Source of the DNA: Callorhinchus milii
Lineage: Eukaryota
DNA: 64,000 nucleotides
Assembly (NCBI RefSeq): GCF_018977255.1
Contig: NW_024704742.1
Coordinates: 102,178,001-102,242,000 of the forward strand
Direction: 5' to 3'
The notes under the pieces were generated by a model. That model ran no database searches and was not told the DNA's origin. It saw only the letters and a list, made by a program, of their open reading frames with translations. This document shows positions 1 through 11,861 of the stretch, in pieces. Position numbers and translations under genes: made by a program. Every line of letters starts with the position of its first letter. The first letter of the stretch is position 1.

Positions 1-121
1 CAATTCTTACTGATTTTTCTATCCCGTTTTATTCTCTGTGTTGCTAACTGAATATTTGCTATTCCGGATTTGGTCTGCTGGCGCATTTCTGGTATCTTAC
101 CCATTTGATTTATCTATCGAT

Positions 122-338
122 AAAGAGAAGGGAGGTTCTCCCAGTGTCTGGCCAAAAATTCCCCCAATAAAAATGGTTATTTCACTTCATGGCTTTTTGT
201 GGGACGTTGCTGTGTGCAAATTGGCTGCTGCATTTTCCTACAAATATGCATCACTAAATTTCACAGAAAATCGTGTGAAGCATTTTGAGACATGAAAGGT
301 ATTGTATCAAACAGAAAGAGTATTATTCTTTATTATAA
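122..338 (+). mobile_element. Old DeuSINE-type SINE, 3' half
   Basis: Deu-domain-like TTTGTGGGACGTTGCTGTGTGCAAATTGGCTGCTGC, then a GTGAAGCATTTTGAGAC tail and TAT-rich end. Confidence 0.8.
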
Positions 339-508
339 TCAATCTGGATCTCTCAGCTCTCTTCTTTTTCTATTTCTTGAACTTATTCCTGTAACTTGAT
401 GAATTTTACATTTCGCAGTCTTTGATCTCGTAGTCCAGTGTGTTAATGCATCCCAATGACCTCCGAGTTTTGGGCTGTTTCTATCTAACTCTATTTCATG
501 ATCTACAG

Positions 509-671
509 TGCTAAGACCAGCTCACTGACTCAGATACCTTTGTGACACCACAGCAACTGCTGCTATGGTGCTTTGCATTGATTTTAAATCATCGACAATT
601 TGAGTATGCAAGAAATTATTGAGAACCGTGAAAATGAATACCCAAATTTATTTTGCAGTAGAATCACAAAG
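509..671 (+). other. Candidate exon of an unidentified host gene (5'UTR plus possible start)
   Basis: CTAAC branch-like motif 485-489, CAG acceptor 506-508, consensus donor AAG|GTAAGT at 671/672, non-repetitive sequence. Confidence 0.45.
606..671 (+). CDS. Possible first coding segment MQEIIENRENEYPNLFCSRITK (phase-0 donor)
   Basis: ATG at 606 with upstream in-frame TAA (585-587), open to the donor; peptide not recognised. Confidence 0.25.
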
Positions 672-859
672 GTAAGTTCCGAAGCTAATTTTTCACCTAA
701 CTTGCAAGTTATTTGAAACTTTTGCTGACACAGGGAGACATGGACAGCATTAAAGGGCAACTTCACAAAGACTTCTCTCAGGTTTCACTGACAGTAAGTA
801 AATTCCTCACATTCACTTGAGCTTTCAAACAGTTCAAATTAATACAAATCCTGTTTATT

Positions 860-2110
860 CAACAACAACAGCAGCAACTTGGATTTATACAGCACCCGCC
901 ACGCCGGATGGCGTCTCAGAGCACTTCACGGTAACGGATTCCGGGGTCGAGCCAGGGGGAGGGGGAGGAAGGTGACCAAAGACGCAGTCGAAAAGAAAGG
1001 TCTTCAGCCGAGACCTGAAAATAGGAAGCGAGAGGACGAGGCGAAAAGAGTGAGGAAGGGAGTTCCAGAGCCTCGTGGCATAGTGGCTGAAAGCACAGCC
1101 ACCGAGGGTGGAGCGGAGGACTTGGGGACAAGGAGGAGGTCAGACCCAGAGGAACGAAAGCAATGGGCACTGCTGTGAGGACAGTGGAGGTCAGAGAGGT
1201 AGGGGGGTGCAGAAGAGTGGAGGGATTTTAAGACAAGGGTGAGGATTTTGAAGTCGATCGTCTCTGGGACAGGCAGCCAGTGCAGTCTGGCAAGGACTGG
1301 GGTAATCGGGGAGCGGAGTTTGGTGCGGGTGAGATTGTGGGTGGCAGAGTTTTGTATGACCTGGATTTTATGGATGGTAGTGGAGGGGAGACCGGTGAGG
1401 AGGGCATTTGAATAATCCAGCCGAGAGGTGACAAAGGCATAGACCAGGGTTTCAGTGGCTTTCGGAGAGAGGTATTGGCGGAGACGGGCGATGAGTCGGA
1501 GGTGGAAGAAAGTGGTGCTGGTGAGGGACTGGATGTGAGAGAGGAAGGATAATTGGGGGTCGAACCTGACGCCTAGGTTGCGTACGGGTTCGGAGAGTTT
1601 TAGGGGAGGTCGGGTAGGTGGAGGAGGTGAGAGCCGTGAGATTTTAGATGTTGACGAGAGCCAAAGATTATGGCTTCTGTCTTGTCAACATTCAGCTGAA
1701 AGAAATTTACGCTCATCCAGCTGCTGATGTCTGACAGGCAGGCTGACAGAACATCAGGGGACTGGGGGTCGCAAAGTAAGGTGGAAAAATAGAGTTGGAT
1801 GTCGTCCGCATCCATTTGGAAGTGTACCCCATGTCTGTGGATGACATCCCCAAGAGGGAGCATATAGATCAGAAAGAGGAGGGGGCCAAGGATGGATCCT
1901 TGGGGTACCCTGCAGGGTGAGAGTGGGAGGAGAAGCCGTTTGTGCAGATGTACTGCTGGCAGTTTGTGAGGTAGGACTCGAACCAGGCAATTGCAATCCC
2001 ACTGAGGTGGATGACGGAGTAAAGGCGGTGGAGGAGGATGGAGTGATTGACTGTGTCGAACGTGGTGGAGAGGTCCAGGAGGACAAGGAGACAGAGGGAG
2101 CCCTGGTGCA
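860..2110 (-). mobile_element. 5'-truncated L2-clade LINE (RT domain to 3' tail), degenerate
   Basis: Minus ORFs give LLVLLDLSTTFDTVNHSILL and MLPLGDVIHRHGVHFQMDADDIQLY (YADD-type motif) and FQLNVDKTE; (CAA)n on + = (GTT)n tail at 860. Confidence 0.93.
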
Positions 2111-2220
2111 ATAATCCAGTGTCAGAAATCGAATCCATGTGCAAAGATCAAGTGGAGTCACCAGGGGCATCTCTACGGATTATTCAGTAGAGTTGCCCCA
2201 TTTATGCAGATGGACAGCTC

Positions 2221-2352
2221 TATAATAATAACCCTTACATTTGATATAGTGCCTTTTCACATCAACAAGACATCTCACAGCGCTTCACAGGATATACTGT
2301 AAAGTGGTATGACTGTGTGTATTTTTTGGATGAACGCAGCAGTCAATTTGGT
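2221..2352 (-). mobile_element. Deu/L2-tailed SINE 3' fragment
   Basis: Reverse complement of the SINE tail (AATAAT..CATTTGATATAG..GCGCTTCACAG..CTGTAAAGTG). Confidence 0.8.
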
Positions 2353-3402
2353 TACAGATGGCATTTTTCTTAACTGATGCATGTTATATTTCTCACCAGA
2401 AGAAAAATAACAAGAATTTTACTGAGGGGGCGACAGGCTTGAGCTCACTTCACAACCACTTGTTAATTCATTGAAAAAAAACCTTGGAGGCCTTTCTAGG
2501 GCATAAAATTTTTAAGAAAGCTCATCTCTGAGCAAATAAATATGCCATTGCTGAGACCTGTAAAGGAAGAGACCACTTACTTAGAGAACTGTGTTGCCAC
2601 TGATGGGTGACAGTTACTGGCAGCTTTAGTTAGGGAATACTATCATTTTTAGCCCTAATTTTCCATCTGTTTGGCCGCTGACGAGTGCACTATTTGAATT
2701 GCGGATTGTGCAAAACTGCCCTCACAAGTACCAGGAAAATTCAGCAAACTTGTGGAAACAGAAGCCAAGCATTGATCTGGTTATAAACTGTGTCATTTGA
2801 ACAGTTTAAAAGACGAATAGGACATAAAATAAACTTATAAATAAACAAATGCATTTCTCTGTAAGTGCAAGAGAAAATTACTGTGTAAGCTTTTGCCTTT
2901 AATCCCATGTATGCAATGAATTGCTGGCCACTTGCCAGATCAGTAAAATAATGATTTAACTTCACACAAAAGTCCCACTTGCATCACTTTTAATTCACAT
3001 TTTATATCACTTTTACAGCTAATTAAAAATGGTCGGGTTGATGCTGTGGAGTAGCTATCTTCAGCTAGCTTGAGGAGAAAAATATACTGTCTTCAGGTTG
3101 CAGAATTAGAAAGGCTCTATCGTCTGATTTATGCTGGTATAAACTGTTCTAGACACACAGATCGAATCAATGATCCGACAATGTGATGTGGTAGTCTTCT
3201 CTAAATGTTAAGTTTCAAAGGAATGGTGTCTGCACTTTCTCTTTTTCAAAGGCTCATATTTCTATCAGATCATCTTTCCTTCCACTCCTTTACACATAAA
3301 TGGTGTATGATTTACTTGCATCCGAGCCTTGCTCAAGAATGAATTTAATTCACGAAAATTGAACTTTAATTCCAACACTGTATGAAAAAGTAGTTGTATG
3401 AA

Positions 3403-3585
3403 AATAATAATAATAATGCTTGCATTTGATAGCCTCTTATCACGTTATTGAAATGTCTCAAAGCACTTCACAAAATTTGACTGATAAATTTAGTGATTGT
3501 GTATTTGTAGGTGATCATAGCAACTAATTTTGAGTACAACAATGACCCACAAAGAGCCATGAAGAGAATGACCACTTTTATCTGT
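3403..3585 (-). mobile_element. Old DeuSINE 3' fragment
   Basis: (AAT)n, TGCATTTGAT, TCTCAAAGCACTTCAC, CCCACAAA..GCCATGAAG. Confidence 0.75.
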
Positions 3586-3631
3586 AGGATTAAATAAATC
3601 AACAAATGACTAATTTATTCATCATTAAGCC

Positions 3632-3765
3632 AATACAGCATTGGAAAGGTCTTTGCCCAACTTATCTCATAGATATTCAAAACTGACAGCAATATATGTA
3701 GTCATTTTAGATTTCCAAAAGGCATTTGATAAAGTTCCCCATGAGAGAAAATGGCTTGAGTAGGA
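3632..3765 (+). mobile_element. CR1 RT fragment
   Basis: GATTTCCAAAAGGCATTTGATAAAGTTCCCCAT = DFQKAFDKVPH. Confidence 0.7.
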
Positions 3766-4340
3766 ATTAATTCTGCTCATGCAACAATTGGCTTTTCATC
3801 TCATTGTTTCTATGGACATTGCTGGTACAGATGAGCTGCCACTCATATAACAACATTCACTTAATTTCTCATTAATTATGTTTTATAAAGTGCTACAAGA
3901 CAATTTATTTTTACATGAAAGTCATATCAAAGTGAATTATTATTAAAGGAAGAAAGTTAAAGACTAACCTGCTCTATTTATATATAGGGAGGAAATTGCA
4001 GTATGGCATGTGATAATTATTGATCACTACTCAGTGGGAAACCAACTTTTTTTGTTTGTTTACCATAAATTATCAACCTTCAGTCAAAGGTTGTGATCTA
4101 GAATCAGAAATGCAGTCTCACAGCCTTAGATTTGCTGAGTGTCTCTGGCAGATTGAGGGGTCCATATGTCCAGGTGTAGTTATTGCATGGAATATCAAAT
4201 GGATCACCAAATCAACTCCTATGTCTGAATATTGTTTCTTCTTCTTCTGCTATCAATCAGAGCAATAGTTTTTTTCTCCCTTAGAATTATACCTTGATGT
4301 GGAACAGCATTGGGGTAATGGGGTGGGGGGGGATTCTGAC

Positions 4341-4800
4341 CATAGAGTTAGAGAAAGTTTCTAAGGCAGACAGAGACTATTCATTCCATTGGATCAGTCC
4401 TTGTTGCAGCTTCTCCATAGCAGTTATCTATATCTACTCCGATCCCATTCCCCTGCTCTTTCCCCACATAATTTTTATATTATTTTTCCTCAAAGTATTT
4501 ATCCATTTCCCTTTAAAATGCTTTATAGACTTGGTAATTCATGAAATTGAGCTGTTGATAGAGGCGTAAATAACAGTAGGATCACACGGTACTTCAGATG
4601 TGGGCAACTCCAGGTCACACAGAATGAATCATTGATGTATATGAGATTTACAGCACAGAAGGAGACCATTCGGTTCACAATGTCTGCACCAGCACTAACT
4701 CCATCACAAGCATTATCTACTCTGTTCCCATTCGTCTACTCCATTCAATAATCTTTAATACTATTCTGTGTCAACTATTCACCAATTCCCTTTTGAAATG
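4341..4800 (-). mobile_element. Two degraded CR1 3'-end fragments (~4341-4530 and ~4640-4800)
   Basis: Similar to the CR1 3' ends at 20374 and 45241 (TACAGCACAGAAGGAG..CCATTC..; CCCATTCCCCTGCTCTTTCCCC; CCAATTCCCTTTTGAA). Confidence 0.6.
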
Positions 4801-5129
4801 ATGCTAGGAATTCCACAGCCATTCTGTCCTTCCCTGTACCAGACCTGTTCACATTCAATTCAATGCAATGCTTTTTTTTGGTTTTCTTTCTCTTCAGCAA
4901 TCCATATGACCTTCACCTTAAAAGTTGCAGAACAGCATCTTCTTCTCTGGACTGCTTAAACACAAATGACATTTAAGTCAAGTTTGCAGTAAAATACTGT
5001 TACTTTGTAGTCGTGTATTGTGAAAGGTGCTGCCTCATATCTCCAGTGCCCTCACGTTGTGTTGCAGAAAAGATCCTGCCTCATATAAAGGTAAAAGATG
5101 TACCTTAAGCAGTTGCAGTAGATTTTGAA

Positions 5130-5410
5130 TGGATGCACACTATTACTCAAATATTCATGAGGTTGATCCCTAGTGTTAAAGTGATAAACTATGAAGAATG
5201 ACTAGATAAGACAGGGCTCTATATCCTTGTAAAGAGGTGTCTCAGAGGGGTCCTTACAGAAGTATATAAGATGCTATGTGTGACAGAGACAGTAAACACA
5301 GTACAACACTATACTTTCAGATGCCACAAGACAGCAGAGAGAGTTCACATTTTCGAGGTTGGGAAGGGCAAGTTTTGGCCAGACTCCAGGAAGTGTCTCA
5401 GAGGGGTCCT
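5130..5410 (+). mobile_element. Degraded CR1 ORF2 C-terminal fragment; resumes at ~6239-6345 after an L2 insertion
   Basis: YEE-LDKTGLY-L-KRCLRGVLTEVYKML-like translation. Confidence 0.7.
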
Positions 5411-6238
5411 GACAGGCGCTGACAGCATCAGCATCCAAGGCTGCACTCTCCACCTCTCAAAGTCAGTCAGGAACCTCGGGGTTCTGTTCGACCCTGAGCT
5501 GTCCTTTCTTCCTCATATCCGCACCACAACTGGCACCGCCTTCCACCACCTCCGGAATATCGCCAGACTATGGCACTACCTCACCCCTCACGCTGCTGAA
5601 ACTCTGGTCCACACCTTTAACACCTCAAGGCTGGACTATGGGAACTCTCTCCTCGCCGGCCTTCCCGGCACCTCCCTCCACAAGCTGCAGGTCATTCAGA
5701 ACTCTATAGCTCGTGTACTGTCCCGCACCAGGCTTCGGGACCACATCACTCCCACCCTCGCTCGCCTCCACTGGCTCCCCATCCCCCAGAGGATCGAATT
5801 CAAGATCCTCATCTTCACTTACAAGGCCATTCACGGCCTTGCTCCCTCCTACCTCTCCGACCTACTATCCCCCTACCTACCTGCCCGTACCCTCCGTTCC
5901 TCTGGCTCCGGTCTGCTCCACATCCCCCGCCCTAAACACCCTACCATCGGTGGCCGGGCCTTTAGGCTCTCAGCCCCCAGGCTCTGGAACTCCATCCCCC
6001 AGTGCCTTCGTCGCTTCCTCCCTTTCCTCTTTCAAGGCCGGTCTCAAGACCTTTCTCTTTGACCGTGCCTTCAACTCCCCTCTCGACTGTCTACCCCCTC
6101 CTCGCTCCCTCCCTTCCCTCCCCTCACCCTGACCATTTCCCCCCTGCTCGGGTCCCGACCTAACTGTCCAGTGCCTTGGGACGTCCTCCCGACATGAAAG
6201 GCGTTCTATAAATGAAATCTTGTTGTTGTTGTTGTTGT
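5411..6238 (+). mobile_element. Young 5'-truncated L2 LINE
   Basis: Open frame VRNLGVLFDPELSF..SRLDYGNSLLAGLP..HITPTLARLHWLPI..GGRAF..APRLWN, 3'UTR, stem-loop and (GTT)n tail. Confidence 0.95.
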
Positions 6239-6374
6239 TACAGAAGCAAGTTTAGGACAGACAACAGGAAACGTTTCTAGTTGGAGTGGGTACCAGGAAC
6301 AATGACATTGGATTAATTTAAGAATGAGTTTGATTCTATAATGTGAAAGCAGTAGAGTTGGTATTCTGGAAATC

Positions 6375-6482
6375 CCCATTTACCCACAAAACACACGGTC
6401 ACTCCACTTTACTGTGAAGCAATTTGAGATGTTCTCCCAATGGGAAAGGTGCAATATTAAACGCTAAGATTGTTCTTATTAA
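6375..6482 (+). mobile_element. SINE 3' tail fragment
   Basis: GTCACTCCACTTTACTGTGAAGCAATTTGAGATGTTCTCCC. Confidence 0.6.
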
Positions 6483-6627
6483 TAAATCAAGGCCATAGAA
6501 CTTTCACCATCTGAAGCCATTTGTAATCTTGTAATTGTGATAATGCAAAAATGGCATTAGCAAAACCATCTAAATATAGTGCATTATCATGTATAACCCA
6601 TGTCACCATTCAAAATGGCACAGTTTG

Positions 6628-7038
6628 GATGATAAATCTTACATTTGAGATGGTGCCTATCACATACTTGAAATGTCTTGAGATACTGTTCAGGTTTTAA
6701 TATGCAGTGTTGTAATTGTGTATTTTTAGAGAACAAAGCAACTAATTTGCACACAGCAATGTCCTACAAATAGCCATGAAGTGAAATGACCAATTTTATT
6801 GTGGGGAATGTTGGCCAGGACACCGGAGAAAACCCCCTTCTCATTTTAAATAGTCATGTGATAACTCCATCTGAACAAGCAAACTGGACCTGGGTTTAAC
6901 ATCTCATCCGAAGGATGACACCTACAATAATGGAACTGTATTAAATTGTCAGTTTAGACTATGAGATCAAAGTCCCGACATGGGCTTGAACATATAACCT
7001 TTCTGATCAAAGGTGAGAGTGCTACCAACTAAGTAAGG
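6628..7038 (-). mobile_element. Near full-length old DeuSINE (SacSINE1-like)
   Basis: Minus strand reads tRNA head (AGTTGGTAGCACTCTCACC..GTTCAAG), CTTCGGATGAGATGTTAAACC, Deu domain and tail. Confidence 0.85.
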
Positions 7039-7059
7039 ATGAGGAAATCCTGTTGTCAA

Positions 7060-7178
7060 ATGAACTGCTCCGGTCGTTTATAAATACTCACTATACTTTA
7101 CACTAAATCCTTTGAAGTGCTTTGAGATGTTTCGGCGACATAATAAGTCACGATATCAAATGGGATAACTATTAGTAT
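7060..7178 (+). mobile_element. SINE 3' tail fragment
   Basis: TGAAGTGCTTTGAGATG..GATATCAAATG. Confidence 0.6.
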
Positions 7179-8014
7179 TTTAAAATAATTGCACTTATTG
7201 TTTAAAAGTGAACCAGTTAATGGGAGGGAAGATATATCAAACTACACCTTCTCCGTCTAGTTCTCTCATATATTAAGAAATCAGAAGGTCAGTGCCAGAT
7301 ATGCTTAAGCTGCCAATTTATCAGTGAGTAGATTTTAACATCATATATGTCTGAGGAAAGAATGAGTTTGGTATTCAAATAATTACTGCTTGATTGCATG
7401 TACTAACTGTAGAAGTGAGAAAAGACAGATTTGCTCATAAAATCTAATGACTATTACCGCATTTCTTTAGCATAAATTTGATCAAAGTTAGCAGGGTAGC
7501 CAACCGTATCGGTGACCTTTCACCAGGTGCTGTAAAGACTTTGCGTTCTATGCTGCTTATCAGGCTTCCTTTGAATTCTCATTACCTGATGTTAAGTTAT
7601 TGGTAAACAATGAGGTGGAAAATACAATATTCCCAAACTGGCCATTCCTGGGCTAGTAGTGGCTCCCGGTGTGTGAATGAAACTGCAGGATTCACTGAGT
7701 AATTCATTTAATAAATGTTGAAAAAAAATCCAAATCTGAAAGTTTGCAAAGGCTGTTTTCAGGCTGATGTCTTCCTTTCTGATCCTTCATTGAGCTTGGA
7801 CCAAGGAAAGACACGAAAGCTAAAAGGTCAAATGCAATCACAATTTTTCAATCTGCGGATATTGCATTTTTGATCCCGCTATCATCTAAATCTGGGGAAT
7901 TGAACATTTTTCTAAAGTTTGGGTGAGGGACATTACTGTGCATTTACAGTAGGGACAAGTTCTGCTGTCGTCCTTGCGATGATTGTTGCTAACGCTGGAC
8001 AAAGTCAAACATCT

Positions 8015-8136
8015 CCCTTGCATTGTTTGCCCACAAAATACACACTCAGTACACTTTACAGTAAATCCTATGACTCTCTTTAAGACATCCTCCCAATGTG
8101 AATGCCATTATATCAAATAAGGATTATCATTATTAT
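8015..8136 (+). mobile_element. SINE 3' tail fragment
   Basis: TTTGCCCACAAAATACAC..ACTTTACAGTAAATCC..TATATCAAATAAGGATTATCATTATTAT. Confidence 0.65.
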
Positions 8137-8569
8137 GTACTTGCTTTTAGAGACTAGCCTTGAATAGGAAAAGACTCCTTTTAAATGACAAAACTTTAGA
8201 ATTTAACTGCCCAGTTTTCGGTTACACATTTTCCTCCCTTTACTGTTGAAGCAGAGTAATTGAAATGCTCTTTAAATACTAATCTATTCCATTTTAGATG
8301 GTTCACTGGCTTCCTCTTGGGAACTAATTAACCTACTTGAAATTATGTCATAGTTGATGATTAGTTTCTACTTGAACCATTCAAGCTACCAGCACACAAA
8401 CAAGATTTAACCCGGAAAACTCCAGATTCACACTCCCATGATTGATATTCAAATGGAAAGAGATATAGACTGTTATACTCAGTGCATTGTTATCAAATAT
8501 ATTATCTGAATTAAATAAAGAAACATGTTGGAACATATTTTGGAAACAAAATTAGTGAAATTACAAAAT

Positions 8570-8690
8570 AGTGGGATGTTTAAAAGGAAGATATAGATTG
8601 ATATTTGGGGTGTATGGACATTAAGGGATATGAAGCCAAGATGGGGAAATGGGATTAAACAATGTGCTATAATCTAATAAAGTAGCAGAA
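8570..8690 (+). mobile_element. CR1 3' end remnant
   Basis: ATTAAGGGATATGAAGCCAAGATGGGGAAATGGGATTA resembles the CR1 3'UTR at 26750-26830. Confidence 0.5.
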
Positions 8691-9012
8691 TAATATAATA
8701 ATGTAATAATCCTTGCATTTGATACAGTGCCTTATCATGCCATCAAGAAAATTCAAATTGCTTCACAGGAGTTTACTATAACATGTAGTGACTGTATATT
8801 TGTCGGTGAATGCAGCAACCAATTTATGCATGTCCCACAAAGATGAATGACCAATTTTACTAGAGGATTTTTGGCCAGAAACTCCCTTCTCTTTTTGAGT
8901 CATCCCATGAGATCCATAACATCCTCCTGAACAGGCAGATTGGAGCTTGGTTTAGCATTTCATCTGAAGGATGGCACCTCTGACAGTGCAGCACTGCACT
9001 GCACTGCACTGT
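8691..9012 (-). mobile_element. Old DeuSINE lacking head; ends in a short (GCACT)n expansion
   Basis: TAATAATCCTTGCATTTGAT..CATCTGAAGGATGGCACCTCTGACAGTGCAGCACT. Confidence 0.85.
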
Positions 9013-9137
9013 CTTGGTATTAACAGGTAGTGGTCTACTCTTGCTCTCATGCTCCTATTATTAAAATAATAACATCAGCAAGAATAAAATATTGCTACTA
9101 TCATTATTATTATCAGTATTGCTTCCTATTATTCCTT

Positions 9138-9582
9138 CGAATTCAAGATCCTCATCCTCACCTACAAGGCCATTCATGGCCTTGCTCCCTCCTACTTCTC
9201 CGACCTACTATCCCCCTACCTACCTGCCCGTACCCTCCGTTCCTCTGGCTCCGGTCTGCTCCACATCCCCCGCCCCAACCGCCCTACCATCGTTGGCCGG
9301 GCCTTCAGCCTCTCAGCCCCTAGGCTCTGGAAATCCATCCCCCATTACCTTCGCCGCTTCCTCCCTTTCCTCCTTCAAGGCCGGTCTCAAGACCTTTCTC
9401 TTTGACCGTGCCTTCAGCTCCCCTCTTGACTCTCTACCCCCTCCTCGCTCCCTCGCTTGCCTCTCCTCACCCTGACCATTTCCCCCCTGCTCGGGTCCTG
9501 ACCCAACTGTCCAGCGCCTCGGGACGTCCTCCCGACGTGAAAGGCGCTCTATAAATGGAATCTTGTTTTTGTTGTTGTTGTA
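9138..9582 (+). mobile_element. Young 5'-truncated L2 LINE 3' end
   Basis: Nearly identical to 5795-6238; (GTT)n tail. Confidence 0.95.
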
Positions 9583-9847
9583 TTATAGTTAACTTATTGT
9601 CCCAGAATTTTTAGAGAGTTTTTGAATTCTTTGGCTTCTCAATATGGCCCATTGCTGATGAGAAACAAGAATTAAGAAACATTATGCTGGGATAGCATAC
9701 AGATTTCAAATCAGTTGGATCAATTCCCTCATGATTAATATTAGATTTCTTTGGATGAAAATATATTACCACTAAATAGACAGAAAGATAGTGAATCTGG
9801 AACATCATTGAAGCAATGGTTGAGATGAATTAAAAATGAAGGAACAT

Positions 9848-9912
9848 AAATGATTATTATTATCCTTGCATTTGATTTAGAGCCTTTCACATCGGGAGTA
9901 TGTTTCACAAGA
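9848..9912 (-). mobile_element. SINE tail fragment
   Basis: ATCCTTGCATTTGATTTAGAGCCTTTCACATCGGGAG. Confidence 0.6.
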
Positions 9913-10475
9913 TCACAAGATTGAATTGGACAAAAAGGCTCCATTTGATCTCATCCTTCCAGAATACTCACCCTACCATCTTCCCATCATAGTATCAAGG
10001 CATTTTTTTTAAATGAGTCCAGTGGTCTAAGCCCAAGCCACCCTTCCTGACAATCTGTTCCAGTCATTAATTATCCTCTGGTTAAAGAAAACCTTCTGGT
10101 ATCTCTCTTGAAATTGCTCTTGCAACTCTATCCGATATCTTCTTGTTCTACTGTATTGTTCTGGGTTTACTTTTCAATCCCATTTAAAATCTTATATACC
10201 TCTGTAAAGCCCCCTTTGAGATGTCTTCTCTCAAGACTGAAAAGCCATAGCTTGTCTAATTTGTGCTCATATCTCATTCCACTAACACTGGGGCTGATCC
10301 TCATTGCTCTGCAGTGCACTTTAAGGCCTGAGCAGCTCCTTTATGTCATGGCAACCAGAACTTTATACAGTACTCAAGGTCCGGCCTGACTAGAGCACTA
10401 GACTATGACGTCTTTGGATCTGAACTCAGCTGAATAAGCAATAAAGCCCAGCATGCTGTTTGCCTTATTTATTCC
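9913..10475 (-). mobile_element. CR1 3' fragment, degraded
   Basis: Minus strand encodes YEHKLDKL..FSLERRHLKG..EVYKILNG-like CR1 ORF2 C-terminus. Confidence 0.8.
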
Positions 10476-10649
10476 TCAAAAATCTCTGAGATTAGTAAAA
10501 CAAGATGCACCCAATCTGAAGTTGTGCTGGCTGTTATTTATCAGGTTATTTCCATACAGTTAATGTTCCATTATGCTTCCAATGATTTATTCCACTGTTT
10601 CCCAATTAATGAGGTCTTGCGGTACAGACTTGTTGCCTCGTGCAAAAAT

Positions 10650-10840
10650 TGCCTGTCCTCAGGTGAACATGAAAGGTCATATGACTATTCGAAAAGAGAC
10701 AGGAATTTCTTTTGTTGTTTTCGCCAACAATCCTCTGCATCAAATAGCTTTTCACCGCATGGCTATTTGTGGGGTCTTGATTTGTGCAAATGGACTGCCG
10801 TGTTTGTCTGCAATATAATATGTCCAATATGACAGTAATC
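10650..10840 (+). mobile_element. Old DeuSINE interrupted by a young SINE; tail resumes 11172-11235
   Basis: CCTCAGGTGAACATGAAAGG..GCTATTTGTGGGGTCTTG..TGTGCAAATGGACTGCCG. Confidence 0.7.
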
Positions 10841-11171
10841 GTGGAGTCCTGTAGCTCAGTGGTTAGAGCACTCGCTTTGCAAGTGAGAGACCTGAGTTCA
10901 ATTCCAGGCAGAGGGCGAAACCTTGGGCAAGTTTCCTTACTCCACACAGAGCCTAATAATAATCCCTCCAAAACCCAAAACAATAACAAATTGGTCATTT
11001 TCAATCTACGACTGTTTGTGGGACATTGCTGTGCGCAATTGGCTGCCGCGTTCGCCCACAAATATACAGTCAATTCACTTTACAGTGTGTTCTGTGAAGC
11101 GCTTTGGGACGTCCTCCTGACGTGAAAAGCGCTATATCAAATGCAAGGATTATTATTATTATTATTATTAT
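10841..11171 (+). mobile_element. Young full-length tRNA-derived SINE, short subfamily 'A'
   Basis: A box TAGCTCAGTGG, B box GAGTTCAATTCC, TGC in anticodon-equivalent loop, Deu 3' part, L2-like stem-loop, (ATT)n; TAATC target-site duplication at 10836-10840 and 11172-11176. Confidence 0.95.
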
Positions 11172-11861
11172 TAATCACTGTAAACTGCTCTGAGATGTGT
11201 TGAAATCTAAGGCCCTATAAAAATACACATTCTTTGTGAACTATGCTCATTCAAACAATGAGTTAACAAATGTATGACATCGGTGGAGTTCTTTTGTGAG
11301 TGGCAAGTATTGGAAATATATGATTGTTTTCCTATAACCCTTTTACATAAGCTTAAGGACGTCTCTAGCAACCTTGACATCATAATTGCGTATTATCAGA
11401 CCTTTCCTTTAATTTTCTTGCTCATCACTCCTATTCTGACTGTTGTCATGGTTTGCAGATGTACTGAAGCATAGTAATTACAGCTCATTACAAATGATTA
11501 AAAAGCTTAGGCTCATAAAAATAATGACACTTGATTACATTTTAATTTAAGGCATAAAATTCCTATATTCCATTTTGCAACCAAATTTATTTACAAGCAT
11601 TCTGATAATTGGCGCAGATAGTGTTCAAATCTTATTGCGGTACTTGATATTTTTCATTAGCATTATTACAAGGCCTTTGGGATATATAGAACACTTTCCA
11701 TTTGGTGCCTCAATACTGTTCAAGAAAAATGAGCTGATCCATCTTATACATTGCATTCAGGTTGTGTTAATCCATTGTCTTGTGTTATTTCTAAGGCAAA
11801 TGTTCTGAGTAGTTGCTGCTCATCTCATTGATGACTATGGGATGTTCGGCATTTTTCCTAA

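Noticed and set aside
3632..3765. RT fragments as retron, group II intron or telomerase
   Set aside because: Motifs, C-terminal domains and 3' tails identify them as CR1/L2 LINE debris.
5271..6062. 263 aa ORF as a host gene
   Set aside because: CR1 remnant fused in frame to an L2 ORF2 C-terminus.
10841..10915. tRNA-Ala/Val genes at the SINE heads
   Set aside because: No proper acceptor stem; each head continues into a SINE body and tail.
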